Origin: Planctomycetota bacterium
GTDB taxonomy: Bacteria; Planctomycetota; UBA1135; UBA2386
Length of the DNA stretch: 64,000 nt
Direction of reading: 5' to 3'
NCBI GenBank assembly: GCA_021776805.1
Contig: JAJFFD010000088.1
Coordinates: 1 to 64,000 of the forward strand
The notes under the pieces were generated by a model. That model made no database searches. It had not been told where the DNA came from and saw only the letters and a list, made by a program, of their open reading frames with translations. Position numbers and translations under genes: made by a program. The first letter of the stretch is position 1; each line of letters begins with the position of its first letter. Below are positions 1 through 11,262 of this stretch, one piece after another.

Positions 1-29
1 TGGTGGCACAATGCCTCGCGGCAATATGC

Positions 30-1728
<1,699 letters not shown>

Positions 1729-1747
1729 GCAGGGGGGGCGGCCCCCG

Positions 1748-2392
1748 TCAATCATGATTGATCGGCAGGCGGAGTAGGAGTCTGGCGTCCGCAGCCAGAC
1801 ATTCCAGAGTCCCTGTGCAGGCTTCGGTCAGGGCATGGGCCCGCTCACAGACCGCCGCCATGTTGAGTGGAAAGGGCAGCAGGCTGGGCTTCTGCTGGAC
1901 CTCAAAGGAGAGCCTTAGCTCGCGGGCCTGCTGTCCAGCCAGATCAACATGGAGATCACCATCGAAACCACTGGGGAGCTCTGCGCGTATGCAGCGCATC
2001 ACTTCCAGGACACAGCGGGCGAAGCGGCTCGGTTCCACGCTCATCGGGGTCTCCACGGAACTCTGCTCGAATGAACAACGCAGCCCAGCTTCGCGCAGGG
2101 GTATCTTGCCTGCTTCGCAAATCCTGCGGAGCATGAGCCCAGCCTGCTGTCTCGGTTCTTCCCCGCTCTCGCTGGTCAAGCAGCGGAGGATGTCGAGACT
2201 CTCCTGAGCTTCCTTGGATGCACTCAAGATTGCCCGGCGCTCGCGCCCAATATCCTCAGTCTTGATGCCGAGCACCTGAGCATTGCCCTGGATCGCGAAG
2301 ATCTGGTTGCCGAGGCTATGCAGGATGCCGGGAGAAACGAATTCCAGCAGCGCCGCTAGTTGTTCACGAGCGATCTGTCCGGCGCGATTCAT
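1748..2392 (-). CDS. ChpT-like histidine phosphotransferase / HK-like domain protein (start reassigned to MNRAGQ)
   Basis: The N-terminal H-box segment LEFVSPGILHSLGNQIFAIQGNAQVL resembles the HPTransfase/ChpT consensus (CHDLiNPLGAIaNGLELL). No ATP-lid motifs. Its ATG overlaps the htrA stop (tcat at 2389-2392 = ATGA). Confidence 0.45.
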   Translation of the reverse strand: MNRAGQIAREQLAALLEFVSPGILHSLGNQIFAIQGNAQVLGIKTEDIGRERRAILSASKEAQESLDILRCLTSESGEEPRQQAGLMLRRICEAGKIPLREAGLRCSFEQSSVETPMSVEPSRFARCVLEVMRCIRAELPSGFDGDLHVDLAGQQARELRLSFEVQQKPSLLPFPLNMAAVCERAHALTEACTGTLECLAADARLLLRLPINHD

Positions 2393-3564
2393 CGACTGGG
2401 AGAAGTTTCCGCTTCTTCCCCGCTGTTTACCGCGTTTCCGACTTCGCCCAAGGTTACGCGAACTGGAGGAATGCGTTGGCCTTCGCGGATGACTTCCAGC
2501 TGCACGTCGGTCTGCGGCGTTGACCAGGTAATCCACTCATAGAGGTCGAAACCGCTGGTTATCGGCCGGCCATTGAAGCTCAACAGAATGTCGCCTTCGC
2601 GCAGACCGGCTCGTTCTGCAGCCTGCCCCACTGACACAGCGGTCACTCGAACACCCTGGCCATCGGATATCGACAACTGTCGAGCCAGGCTCCGATCGGC
2701 AGGGACGAACTCGACGCCCATGTAGCCACGACGAACACGGCCTTCGTTGGTTTCCATTGAGGCCAGCACCATGCGGATCACCTTCGCCGGGACAGCAAAA
2801 CTCAATCCCTCGCCGGATCGTGCCGAGCGAGCAGTGATGGCGATGACTTCACCAGCCATGTTGAAGACCGGACTGCCGGAGCTGCCAGGATTGGCGGGAG
2901 CGGTAAACTGCAGGTAGTCGTTGGTGAGCTGTAGACCATCTTGCTGCAGGTGGCGCTTGATGTGACTGACGATGCCGACGCCGACGGTTTGGTCGAACTC
3001 GAGGGGATTGCCAATGGTCATGACCCAGTCGCCCTGGCGAACTTGATCCGAATCCCCCAGCCGCAGCACGCTGAGATCATCCGGTGGTAGCACCAGACGA
3101 ATGACCGCCAAGTCAGTGCTCGGGTCTTCGCCGATCAACTCCGCATCCATCCTACCGTGACCGGGAACATCCACCGCAATGGTCATCGGCTGCGCAACCA
3201 GGTGATGCGCGGTCAGGATCAAACCTTCTTCGTGAAAGATGAATCCAGTCCCGGAGCTCACACCCAGACTCTCAGTAGCGGATTCGCCCTGCCAGAGTTG
3301 TGGCTCTGAGCTGGAACGATGATGTGTGCTCACGCCAACGACCGCTTCGGCTACGCGATCGATGATCGGTGCGAGGCTGGGCATACCGGCCTGTCGCGCG
3401 TCTACTGCCGGATTACTAGTCGGCGGAGGTAGCCAGGCTGGAGCGCTGCGTGTTGTCCCCGTATCCCGTGGATAGAGCAGGCCCATTGCAAGGCCCGCCA
3501 ACATGAAGAGCGGGCCGAGAACGATCCATGGGAGCCAATACTGCTGTGAACCGGGCGCAGGCAC
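2389..3564 (-). CDS. HtrA/DegP-family periplasmic serine protease (trypsin domain + PDZ)
   Basis: N-terminal transmembrane helix, a trypsin-like domain (GFIF..ILTAHHLV; GNSGSPVFN with the Ser nucleophile) and a C-terminal PDZ (GVRVTAVSVGQAAERAGLREGDILLSFNGRPI). Confidence 0.9.
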   Translation of the reverse strand: MPAPGSQQYWLPWIVLGPLFMLAGLAMGLLYPRDTGTTRSAPAWLPPPTSNPAVDARQAGMPSLAPIIDRVAEAVVGVSTHHRSSSEPQLWQGESATESLGVSSGTGFIFHEEGLILTAHHLVAQPMTIAVDVPGHGRMDAELIGEDPSTDLAVIRLVLPPDDLSVLRLGDSDQVRQGDWVMTIGNPLEFDQTVGVGIVSHIKRHLQQDGLQLTNDYLQFTAPANPGSSGSPVFNMAGEVIAITARSARSGEGLSFAVPAKVIRMVLASMETNEGRVRRGYMGVEFVPADRSLARQLSISDGQGVRVTAVSVGQAAERAGLREGDILLSFNGRPITSGFDLYEWITWSTPQTDVQLEVIREGQRIPPVRVTLGEVGNAVNSGEEAETSPSR

Positions 3565-3665
3565 TGGGTCAGTCTATCCTGCATGGGCCTTCTGAACAAT
3601 TCGCTCCACCGCGGAGGGCCGCGAGCATGTCCAGAAGACCCGGAATAATGGCCAGACAATCCGGG

Positions 3666-5321
3666 CTACTTGCCCGAATAGAGGGGAATGAAGACGCCAC
3701 GGTTCTTGAGCAGCATCTTGCGTTGGTCTGGACTGAGATCGACCTGCGACATGATGCTGGCAAAGAGCTGGGTCTGATACTGAGCCGCGGCGGACACGTT
3801 TGCGGATGGGAATGCCTTGGCGTTGGCCAGAGCACCTGGCGTCTTCATCAGGTAACTGTCCGGAGCGGACTTCGCCCAATTATTGATCACCTCCGTGAGC
3901 TTGTTGATCTGTGCCGAGTCCGTGCTCACGTCAAAGCGCATGCCCGCGAGCATGTTGGCAGTCAGCTTGCTCGCCAGGTCGCTACGGCTGTTTACCTTCA
4001 CGGGCTTGGTCCATTGCTGCCAGGCGGGATCACCTGAAAAGAGGTCGATCGGTCCGGGTCCATCCGGTCCATTGCCGAGCACCGCTAATTGCTCCGGGGT
4101 GAGATTGGCCTTGGCCTGCTCAAAGAAGCGGTTGCGCAGTCCAATCTCTTCGACGAGTTCCTGCAAGGCGAGAACGTCATCGCCATAGCTTCCCCGACGC
4201 GAGTCATCCTCACCGGCAAAGCGTCCCGTGATGTCCTGCAGCGTGCGCATCTGAGCTTCGTCCAAGCTCATGCCCGCAGCTTCCAGGGTGGCATTCATGA
4301 GATTGGCGGCGAATACCGGATGGGTGAAGGAGCCGTTGATCCCGGTTCCGGGGATCTGGCCATCCTGAATCTGCCCAAGGCTCTGCAGAATCTGTCCGTT
4401 GAGCTGCTGGATCTCACCGGCGAGACCGATTGGTGGATCCCCCCCCTCTTCGAGGGCTTTCATGAGCTCTTGTAGCTTGGGGATCATGTCCTTGGCAGCG
4501 CTGCCCATGAGCGCCCAATCCATACCTTCGAGTGTCTCGGAGAAGTCCGCATAGGTGATGGCTACACCGACTTCGAGCGGCGCATCGCTTTCGACAACCT
4601 CGGCCTGAGGGCCTTCTGCGCGCTGACGTGCGGAGGTCTCGATCAACCTTTGGTTTTCAGCGCGGAGCTCGGCGTTTTCAGCCTGCAAACCGGCGATGCC
4701 CACCGCATCCCCGCCGACGGGACCGTCCTTTTGCTCAAGAGTCAGGCGGTCACCATCCTCGGCTTGCACCGTATAGTCACCACTAAGGAACTGAGCTGAG
4801 CCGGCGGCTACCGCAACAACGATTGCGCCAACCACAAAGCCCTTTCCGAATTCGCTGAACTTCATTTCTTCTATCTCCAGTGCGCAGTCCGAAGACATTT
4901 CCAATGTCCCCAAGCTGGCAAGCTTCAATACAGTGGGCTCCTCGGAACGCGCTTCGATGCGGTCGCCGAGGAGAGGGAAAACGGTGTATGTGTTCGGGCG
5001 GATGAACTCGTTGCTGGTCTCAACCGAGTGCCAACGTAGGCTGCCCTTCGTGACGGTGAAGCTGAGCGCGGGCTGCGCTTCGCCTGCTCCAAAGTTCACA
5101 GTGAAGAAGATCAGCGCGAGTGCCGCAGCAGCGCCGAGTATGGCCCCGGCCCACGCGGCCAATGACTGCCTCGGAGCACCCTGCAGAAGCTCGATTTGGC
5201 CCTGACGGTGGCTGTTCTGTGCCAACTGCCAACGAATCCGGTCGCTTAGATCCGGGGGTTGTGCCCCACCAAGCTCTTCCTCGAGTGAGAGATCGAGGAT
5301 GCGTTCTTCCTTCTCATTCAT
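3666..5321 (-). CDS. Membrane anti-sigma factor (cytoplasmic N-domain, one TM, long periplasmic domain with coiled coil)
   Basis: Start reassigned to MNEKEER so that its ATG overlaps the sigma stop (ATGA). Has a TM helix (AWAGAILGAAAALALIFFTV) and a coiled-coil segment (LQAENAELRAENQRLIE). Position immediately downstream of an ECF sigma. Confidence 0.6.
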   Translation of the reverse strand: MNEKEERILDLSLEEELGGAQPPDLSDRIRWQLAQNSHRQGQIELLQGAPRQSLAAWAGAILGAAAALALIFFTVNFGAGEAQPALSFTVTKGSLRWHSVETSNEFIRPNTYTVFPLLGDRIEARSEEPTVLKLASLGTLEMSSDCALEIEEMKFSEFGKGFVVGAIVVAVAAGSAQFLSGDYTVQAEDGDRLTLEQKDGPVGGDAVGIAGLQAENAELRAENQRLIETSARQRAEGPQAEVVESDAPLEVGVAITYADFSETLEGMDWALMGSAAKDMIPKLQELMKALEEGGDPPIGLAGEIQQLNGQILQSLGQIQDGQIPGTGINGSFTHPVFAANLMNATLEAAGMSLDEAQMRTLQDITGRFAGEDDSRRGSYGDDVLALQELVEEIGLRNRFFEQAKANLTPEQLAVLGNGPDGPGPIDLFSGDPAWQQWTKPVKVNSRSDLASKLTANMLAGMRFDVSTDSAQINKLTEVINNWAKSAPDSYLMKTPGALANAKAFPSANVSAAAQYQTQLFASIMSQVDLSPDQRKMLLKNRGVFIPLYSGK

Positions 5322-5896
5322 GATCGCAGTCTCCTGTCGATACATTCCTTCAGACGGTCCTTGACCCTTCGCAGGAGAGTCTTGACCCCCTGGTCTCGCA
5401 TGTTGAGACGCTTGGCGACTTCTCGCCGTGATAGGCCTTCGCCAAAGGCCAGTTGCAGGGCTTCCCGTGGGCGATCGCCGAGCTCAGCCATGCATTTGCG
5501 CAGGGCTTCTCGGTGCTCATCACCAGCCCGATCCGCAGCTGTCTGCTCCCAGCAGAGGTCGGCCTCATCCAGGTCCACGAAGCGCGGTCTCTGCAGGGCC
5601 TGACGCCTTTGCTTCAAGAACAAGTTGCGGGCAACCTTGCGTAGATAACTCCGCGTCATGCCTGGGGAGCGGAGCTCAAAGGGGCGGGCGTGCACGCTAA
5701 GGAAGGTGTCCTGGGTCAGTTCATCTGCAGCCGCGGGATCGCAGCCGAGATAGCGCAAGTAGCGCCAGATTTCTGCCTGATGCTCCCGGAGCAGGGCAAG
5801 AAGATCGAATTCGGGGGTTTTCTGGGCCAGATGCACAGCCCCAGAGGCCCGAGAGGGCTTGGAAGGGTTCAGTCTTTTGTCCGTTTCATGGGCCAC
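5318..5896 (-). CDS. ECF-family RNA polymerase sigma factor (sigma-70 regions 2 and 4); start uncertain (GTG candidates)
   Basis: Region 2 (DLLALLREHQAEIWRYLRYLG...ADELTQDTFLSV) and region 4 HTH (REALQLAFGEGLSRREVAKRLNMRDQGVKTLLRRVKDRL). The 5-prime part of the track ORF overlaps the divergent methyltransferase. Confidence 0.8.
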   Translation of the reverse strand: MAHETDKRLNPSKPSRASGAVHLAQKTPEFDLLALLREHQAEIWRYLRYLGCDPAAADELTQDTFLSVHARPFELRSPGMTRSYLRKVARNLFLKQRRQALQRPRFVDLDEADLCWEQTAADRAGDEHREALRKCMAELGDRPREALQLAFGEGLSRREVAKRLNMRDQGVKTLLRRVKDRLKECIDRRLRS

Positions 5897-5957
5897 AGCA
5901 GACCTACTTGGATCTTGCCCGGAATTCGCTGCTGGTTGGCTCCGGCATGTCAAGGCG

Positions 5958-6605
5958 ATGTCCGGAACGTCCGATGTTAGGGGGATGGCCCTGCATCTAT
6001 GTGCCAAGGCCCAGATTCTCTTCCAGGGGCTGCGATATGCGAGCATCCTCCCCCATCTGGAGATCGAGGGCCGCCTGACGATCGAGGCGGCGATTCAGCT
6101 CTTCGATCTGGCCCAGGATCTGCCGCCCAGGGATGCGGTCGTGGTCGAGCTGGGCTGTGGGAAGGGCAAGGCGAGCATGGTCCTGGCGAAGGCCCTCGAG
6201 GCCCAGGCGAGCCATACCCTCTATTGCGTTCACTCACAGCAGATCAGCCCGCCCCATGACTTCCTCGAGAATCTCCGCAGCAGTGGTGGCCTGGGCGCGA
6301 TCAAGAATCTGAGTGGCGAACCGAGGGCCCTGGCCAAGAGCTTTGGCCGGTCCATTGACCTTCTGGTGATGGGACCCGAAGCAGATTACTCGAGCCTGCT
6401 CGAGAACTTCCGCGCCTGGGCCCCGATGCTCAGCTATGGCGGCAAAGTTGTCTTCCGAGACCTGGACGATTGCCTTGATGGACCTGCCAGGGTGATCGAT
6501 CAGGAGCTAGGCGATCGCGAGATTTGGGCTGAGGGCGAACTCGTAGGTGGCATGTATGTCACCCACAAGCTTGGCGCCCCCAGCCTCAGCATTGCCCTGT
6601 CTTAG
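5958..6605 (+). CDS. Class I SAM-dependent methyltransferase
   Basis: Motif I VVELGCGKGKAS. Start moved to an internal M (MSGTS) to avoid overlap with the divergent sigma gene. Confidence 0.6.
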   Translation: MSGTSDVRGMALHLCAKAQILFQGLRYASILPHLEIEGRLTIEAAIQLFDLAQDLPPRDAVVVELGCGKGKASMVLAKALEAQASHTLYCVHSQQISPPHDFLENLRSSGGLGAIKNLSGEPRALAKSFGRSIDLLVMGPEADYSSLLENFRAWAPMLSYGGKVVFRDLDDCLDGPARVIDQELGDREIWAEGELVGGMYVTHKLGAPSLSIALS

Positions 6606-8371
6606 CGGCCGCCGATTTCGACGTACTGCCGGGTCTGCCAGTTGCTGGTGCGAGTGCGAATGATCGGGCCGTCGCCGAGATCAATTCTTCCGGAGGAAGG
6701 CACCGGACCGTCGTGCAGGAAATTCGCCGAAGCGGGCCGGGTGAGGTAGAGATCCCCACCGTAGTCCGCCTCAAGGGGGCGGCGGAAGATACCACCCGAG
6801 TCGATGAGATTGAGGTCTAGCTCTGCACCCAGACCTTCGCCCCAGCGACGAGGCATAACCGAGCAGAGGATTCCGCTGAAGACCTTCTCGATGACCGGGT
6901 TGGCCTGCTGCGCCTTCTGTGCGATTTCGACGTCGTAGTCCCGGATCGAAGTGGTCTCGACACCACGCATGGCGAAGTGTGGGCGATCAAGCAAGGCTGG
7001 GAAGGAGATCGAATGGAGATTCTCGCTGGCTTGGTCAGTAGATGTGCGCACAGGAAAGGTGATTCCTGTGCTAGGCGCCGCAACTTGCCCTGTGATCGCG
7101 CGAACACGAACACTGCGCAGCCAGAGATCCTCCTGCTGCTTGAGCATTGCACTGATCCTGCCCTGGTCGTCCGCATTGCCTCGAACCACCAGATAGCCTG
7201 CCATGACGTCGACGGAGGCAAGGTCCTCATCCATACGGGTAGAGAGGATTTGCTGAGACAGATCGACAATCTGGTCAGCGCTCATCGTGCTGCGCTCGCG
7301 CTCTTCGACTCCCAGAGGAAATGGACTGTCAGGACGTGGTGGGATATCACCACCCCGCCCGTGCTGGTCGTAGGCGAGAACCCTGGCACTCAGTGACTCG
7401 GTGGACAGGGCCGAGATCGGTACTAGGGCGAAATCCGGGTCAGCCGCTGGAGACTGTGTGTCGAAGCTTGCGCTCACCATCAGGACCAGACTGGATCCGC
7501 CTTCTGAGGTCCCACCTGCACACAGCAGCATCGCTCCACCGTTGGCCAGTCGCGCGGACATGCTGCCACTCACCGTATCCAAGCTCGGCGCGTCCAAGGA
7601 AGGCAGGTTGTCTACACCCGTCGAGCGACTCGGAATCTCACCTCTACGATCGCCAATTGCGTACTGGCAAAGCAGCACCAACTCGTCGCCGGAAACCAGA
7701 CTGTGCGGCTCCACAGCCACTCGCACGCCCTCAAACAGGGTGTAAACCACCGGATCACCGATCTTGGCCTTTTGGGCAACCTCCACATCGACATCACCAA
7801 TGAACGGCGTGTGGCGTTCACGGCCAAGGGCGACTTTTCGGCCGGAACGGGTCACAGATGAACCAGACCAGAGAAGCTCTGCCTCACGAGCAACCGTAGG
7901 GAGGGCTGCAGCGGAGACAGTCGCTGGCAAGTCCACTGACCCGGAAGTGCGGTACAGGGATACTCGAATGCGTATCGGTCGAGCGATGATCTCTCCTGCA
8001 TAAGCCAGGTTGCGTCTCGCCTGCCGCACCGCATCGGGGGCCGCCGAGATCATCAGCGAATTCGCTTGGGCCTCTAGATAGGCGCCATCCTCATCAAAGG
8101 CAGCTCCACCGATACTTCGCACCAATTCGATTAATCCATCCGCAGAGGGCAGGCGGTTCTGCCAAGTCAACAATCCTGATGTCCGCTCTCTATCCGTGCT
8201 CATGAGAAACGAGCCCAGCACCGGCGAAGTTGGCCGCGATTGGCTGCCGATGATGTAGCCAATGGGCACTGACTGCAGCACTCTCTCAGCTTGTCCGTTC
8301 GTCGATTGAGCCTGGAGCTGACTGAGCCCAGGCAGAAGGGTGGCGATCAACGCTATTGCGCGAGTATTCAT
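6602..8371 (-). CDS. Secreted hypothetical protein with an internal duplication
   Basis: Signal peptide MNTRAIALIATLLPGLSQLQAQS. Two copies of a D[VY]DVE[VI]AQKA-containing module (~aa 200 and ~aa 460). No recognisable catalytic motif. 18 nt downstream of an anti-sigma gene. Confidence 0.6.
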   Translation of the reverse strand: MNTRAIALIATLLPGLSQLQAQSTNGQAERVLQSVPIGYIIGSQSRPTSPVLGSFLMSTDRERTSGLLTWQNRLPSADGLIELVRSIGGAAFDEDGAYLEAQANSLMISAAPDAVRQARRNLAYAGEIIARPIRIRVSLYRTSGSVDLPATVSAAALPTVAREAELLWSGSSVTRSGRKVALGRERHTPFIGDVDVEVAQKAKIGDPVVYTLFEGVRVAVEPHSLVSGDELVLLCQYAIGDRRGEIPSRSTGVDNLPSLDAPSLDTVSGSMSARLANGGAMLLCAGGTSEGGSSLVLMVSASFDTQSPAADPDFALVPISALSTESLSARVLAYDQHGRGGDIPPRPDSPFPLGVEERERSTMSADQIVDLSQQILSTRMDEDLASVDVMAGYLVVRGNADDQGRISAMLKQQEDLWLRSVRVRAITGQVAAPSTGITFPVRTSTDQASENLHSISFPALLDRPHFAMRGVETTSIRDYDVEIAQKAQQANPVIEKVFSGILCSVMPRRWGEGLGAELDLNLIDSGGIFRRPLEADYGGDLYLTRPASANFLHDGPVPSSGRIDLGDGPIIRTRTSNWQTRQYVEIGGR

Positions 8372-8389
8372 AGGGGTGGTCCTTTCAGA

Positions 8390-9925
8390 TCAAAGGCCCG
8401 CCAGATCCCCTTGCTGTCGGAAGAGGGCGGCGGCGATTGCGAGTTGTTCCGGCGTGAAGTCACCGGCGATGAGGAACTGATGTTCTGCTTCGCTTAGTTT
8501 CAACCTGGCCAGGGAGCGCGCTAAGCGCGCATCCTGCCGACAGGCGATAGCGGCAAGGAGGAGGTGCGGTCGGCGACTCCAATCCAGTTCTTGCAGGAGT
8601 TCGTCCGAGCCCGCAGGCAATTGACCGAGAGCAAAGGCGGCGAGCTCACTCTCCTCGTGGCGGGAGCCATCGACGATCAAGCGGAGTTCATCGCTGAGCA
8701 AGGGATCGCGGCAGACGCCAATGGCCAAGAGGGCCCGACGGCGACGATCCGCTCGTCGACTACGGTGGAACTCCTCCATGAGCGCTTGGCTGCTACTGCT
8801 TGGCAACCCAGAGAACCATCGTCTGGCACGCTGGAGTTCATCAACATTGTCATTCTTGCGTTGGTCAGCTTCCCAGAGATCCAGGAGGAGCTGCTCGCGT
8901 TCGGGGCGAACCTGTAGGCTTCCCAGCTCACGGGCGATGCGATCAGCGCTCGCCGGGCGGTCAGCAACCAGAAGCAGGAGCTGACGATCGATTTCGCGCC
9001 CCCCTATGCGGACCGCGGCCCGCTGCAGCAGCTCATCCTCAAACTCGCGGGCGATCCTCCGGGCGAGGAACATGCGCAGAGAGGTCTGCTGTCGAGCTTC
9101 CGCCAAGAGCAGAGCGAGCGCCGGAGAGTCAATCCAGGCAGAGAGGCTCGCCAGGGTCAATCGGCGAGCCTCAGGATTCTCGGAGCGAAGAAGAGAGCGT
9201 GCCGTTTGCGAGCGAATCTCGCTCAGGGAGCTGCTCAGTCCAAGGCCGAGCCTCTGCAAGAAAGTCACAGGCAAATGTTCACCCAGCTCTAGCAGGAACT
9301 CAGCAGAACCTGTCAGTCGGTCAGTGAGCCGCAAGACCGCTAGCTGCTGCCTGGGAGCCATCTCGAGGCGCTCAGTTCTCCGGCGAGGGCGAGTCAGCGA
9401 TGCATCTGGGACGCGAATCATCCCAGGTTCCAGGGTGGAGCTGCGGTACTTGGCAGGTGGGAGCTGATCGGACAGCAGGATATCCTCCGTCGCTCGATTC
9501 GACTGTCCTATGCCTTCTCCACTCTGCCAAAAGAGACCACCGGCGGTGAAGCCAAGGGCGAGCAGGCCAAGGCCAACAAGCTGCGTCTTAAGCCGCCGCC
9601 GTGGAATGCCGGTTTCTTCAGTTGCGAGAACTGGCTCCTCCACCGTAGATGCAATGGCCTGAGTCTTCTCCAGGAGGCGACTTGCCAATTCCTCATCGAT
9701 ACTCAGATCGGTAGACGCTGCCAGGAGACCATCCAGACGACGGGCAGACTCGATGGCAGAATTGCAGATCGGGCATTCGCGTCTGTGGCTCGCCAGGTCA
9801 GCTGCAGATACGTCGCGCTGCCAGCCAGTCTCCTGAATGAGCTGAGTATCACTATCGCCGTCCAGCAGGAGAGCGAGCACTGCATCGCTATATGGGCAGT
9901 GGTTCTGATCTGACTTGGCGCTCAT
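8390..9925 (-). CDS. zf-HC2 (ChrR/RsrA-like) transmembrane anti-sigma factor with a large periplasmic helical-repeat domain
   Basis: N-terminal H-x3-C-x2-C motif (HRRECPICNS), one TM (LVGLGLLALGFTAGGLFW) and ~370 aa of Leu/Arg-rich helical repeats. Its ATG overlaps the sigma stop (ATGA). Confidence 0.7.
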   Translation of the reverse strand: MSAKSDQNHCPYSDAVLALLLDGDSDTQLIQETGWQRDVSAADLASHRRECPICNSAIESARRLDGLLAASTDLSIDEELASRLLEKTQAIASTVEEPVLATEETGIPRRRLKTQLVGLGLLALGFTAGGLFWQSGEGIGQSNRATEDILLSDQLPPAKYRSSTLEPGMIRVPDASLTRPRRRTERLEMAPRQQLAVLRLTDRLTGSAEFLLELGEHLPVTFLQRLGLGLSSSLSEIRSQTARSLLRSENPEARRLTLASLSAWIDSPALALLLAEARQQTSLRMFLARRIAREFEDELLQRAAVRIGGREIDRQLLLLVADRPASADRIARELGSLQVRPEREQLLLDLWEADQRKNDNVDELQRARRWFSGLPSSSSQALMEEFHRSRRADRRRRALLAIGVCRDPLLSDELRLIVDGSRHEESELAAFALGQLPAGSDELLQELDWSRRPHLLLAAIACRQDARLARSLARLKLSEAEHQFLIAGDFTPEQLAIAAALFRQQGDLAGL

Positions 9926-10509
9926 GGCTTGAGATGCCTCCCCATTCGCTCCATCACCTTGCGTCGCGCGGCGAGAACGAGCATGCGAGCTGCTGCCGAA
10001 CTGCTATTCATGACTTCGGCGATCGCTCGATAGTCCATTCCTTCGACCGCTCGCAGGTGAAAGGCACTCCGTTGCCGCGGGCTGAGACGCTCCAAAGCTT
10101 CCTGCAGCCGTTCGCGAAGCTCCCGTTCCCGGATCCCCTCGTCCGGTCCCGCGCCGAGAGCATCTGGTATCTCTATGCCTTCCAGATTGCCGGCAATGTC
10201 GGCGCGCTTCCATCGACGTGGTTCCGCGAGCAGGCGAAGAAGAATGCGGTAGAGCCAACTGCGCAGAGCTGCTTCGCCACGAAAGCCGGAAAGACCGCGG
10301 TAGGCGCGGACGAGAGTCTCCTGCAGCAAGTCTTCAGCCCAATGCTCATCGCCGGCTGCCCGGCGGGCAAGTGCTCGAAGAGCACCCAGTTGGGGTCGGA
10401 TCAGTGCGGCGAAGGCATCCTTCTCCCCAGCTCGAAAGCGCTCTAGATCGAGGCGCTCAGCGGGGCTCAGGTGGTCGGGCTCTGCAGGTTTGCTCAAACG
10501 CGATTCCAT
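9922..10509 (-). CDS. ECF-family sigma factor
   Basis: Region 2 (AFAALIRPQLGALRALARRAAGDEHWAEDLLQETLVRAYRGL) and region 4 (LSPRQRSAFHLRAVEGMDYRAIAEVMNSSSAAARMLVLAARRKV). Start set at MESRLSK. Confidence 0.85.
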   Translation of the reverse strand: MESRLSKPAEPDHLSPAERLDLERFRAGEKDAFAALIRPQLGALRALARRAAGDEHWAEDLLQETLVRAYRGLSGFRGEAALRSWLYRILLRLLAEPRRWKRADIAGNLEGIEIPDALGAGPDEGIRERELRERLQEALERLSPRQRSAFHLRAVEGMDYRAIAEVMNSSSAAARMLVLAARRKVMERMGRHLKP

Positions 10510-10650
10510 GCAACAGCCCATAGAACCCAAGACTTGCGTGTCTGTAAGGCCCAGAGCAAAAGAAATGAGCATGCGCCAAGCCGCAAGTATTGGCGGATGA
10601 ATTCCCCTAAGGTCTTCCGGTAGACCGGCCTGCTCCCCTGGAGAGGAACC

Positions 10651-11223
10651 ATGGAAACAATCTACTTCTATTGCGCGATCATCGGTGGCTCACTGCTCGT
10701 CCTACAGCTCCTCCTGCTGCTCTTCGCAGCAGATGGCTCCGCGGATGCTGACATGGATTTTGAGGTTGGCGCTGCGGACATCGATGACTTCGCGGAAGCA
10801 TCTTCAGCTTCGGAGAGCTTCCTCAAGCTCCTCTCACTGAAAGCCATCGTTGCCTTTCTCACTTTCTTTGGCCTGGCCGGCCTGGCCAGCCTGCGTGCGG
10901 AGCTGACAAGCAACACGACCCTAATCATCTCGGCTCTATCCGGCCTGAGCGGTTTCTTTATCGTCGCGTACTTGATGATTGGCCTCTCCAAACTGCAGTC
11001 GAGAGGCAATCTCGACTTAAGAAGGGCCATCGGCATGCAGGGGCGGGTCTATGTGCGCGTGCCGGGAGAAAGCAAAGGAGCCGGTCGCGTGCACATTGCC
11101 TTGCAAGGCCGGCGAATTGAATGCAAAGCGATCACTGCCGGATCCGAGATCAAGGCTGGCACACAGATCAAAGTGCTCAACTCTGATGGCGAAAGCCTGG
11201 AAGTCGCACCAGTCCAATCTTGA
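10651..11223 (+). CDS. NfeD-like (YuaF/YqiJ family) membrane protein with C-terminal OB-fold
   Basis: Two hydrophobic segments followed by a C-terminal beta-rich domain (GRVYVRVPGESKGAGRVHIALQGRRIECKAI). Strong SD (ggagagg) before the ATG. Immediately upstream of a flotillin gene, the conserved NfeD-SPFH pairing. Confidence 0.7.
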   Translation: METIYFYCAIIGGSLLVLQLLLLLFAADGSADADMDFEVGAADIDDFAEASSASESFLKLLSLKAIVAFLTFFGLAGLASLRAELTSNTTLIISALSGLSGFFIVAYLMIGLSKLQSRGNLDLRRAIGMQGRVYVRVPGESKGAGRVHIALQGRRIECKAITAGSEIKAGTQIKVLNSDGESLEVAPVQS

Positions 11224-11262
11224 AGACCCTTCTCGCCCTAGTCACCAACGAAGGAGACACCC

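Noticed and set aside
1729-1750. GC hairpin (gggggggcggccccc) between convergent thiC and the ChpT-like gene as a bidirectional terminator
   Set aside because: The stem is short and imperfect with no T-tract. Could be coincidental in GC-rich DNA, so not reported as a feature.
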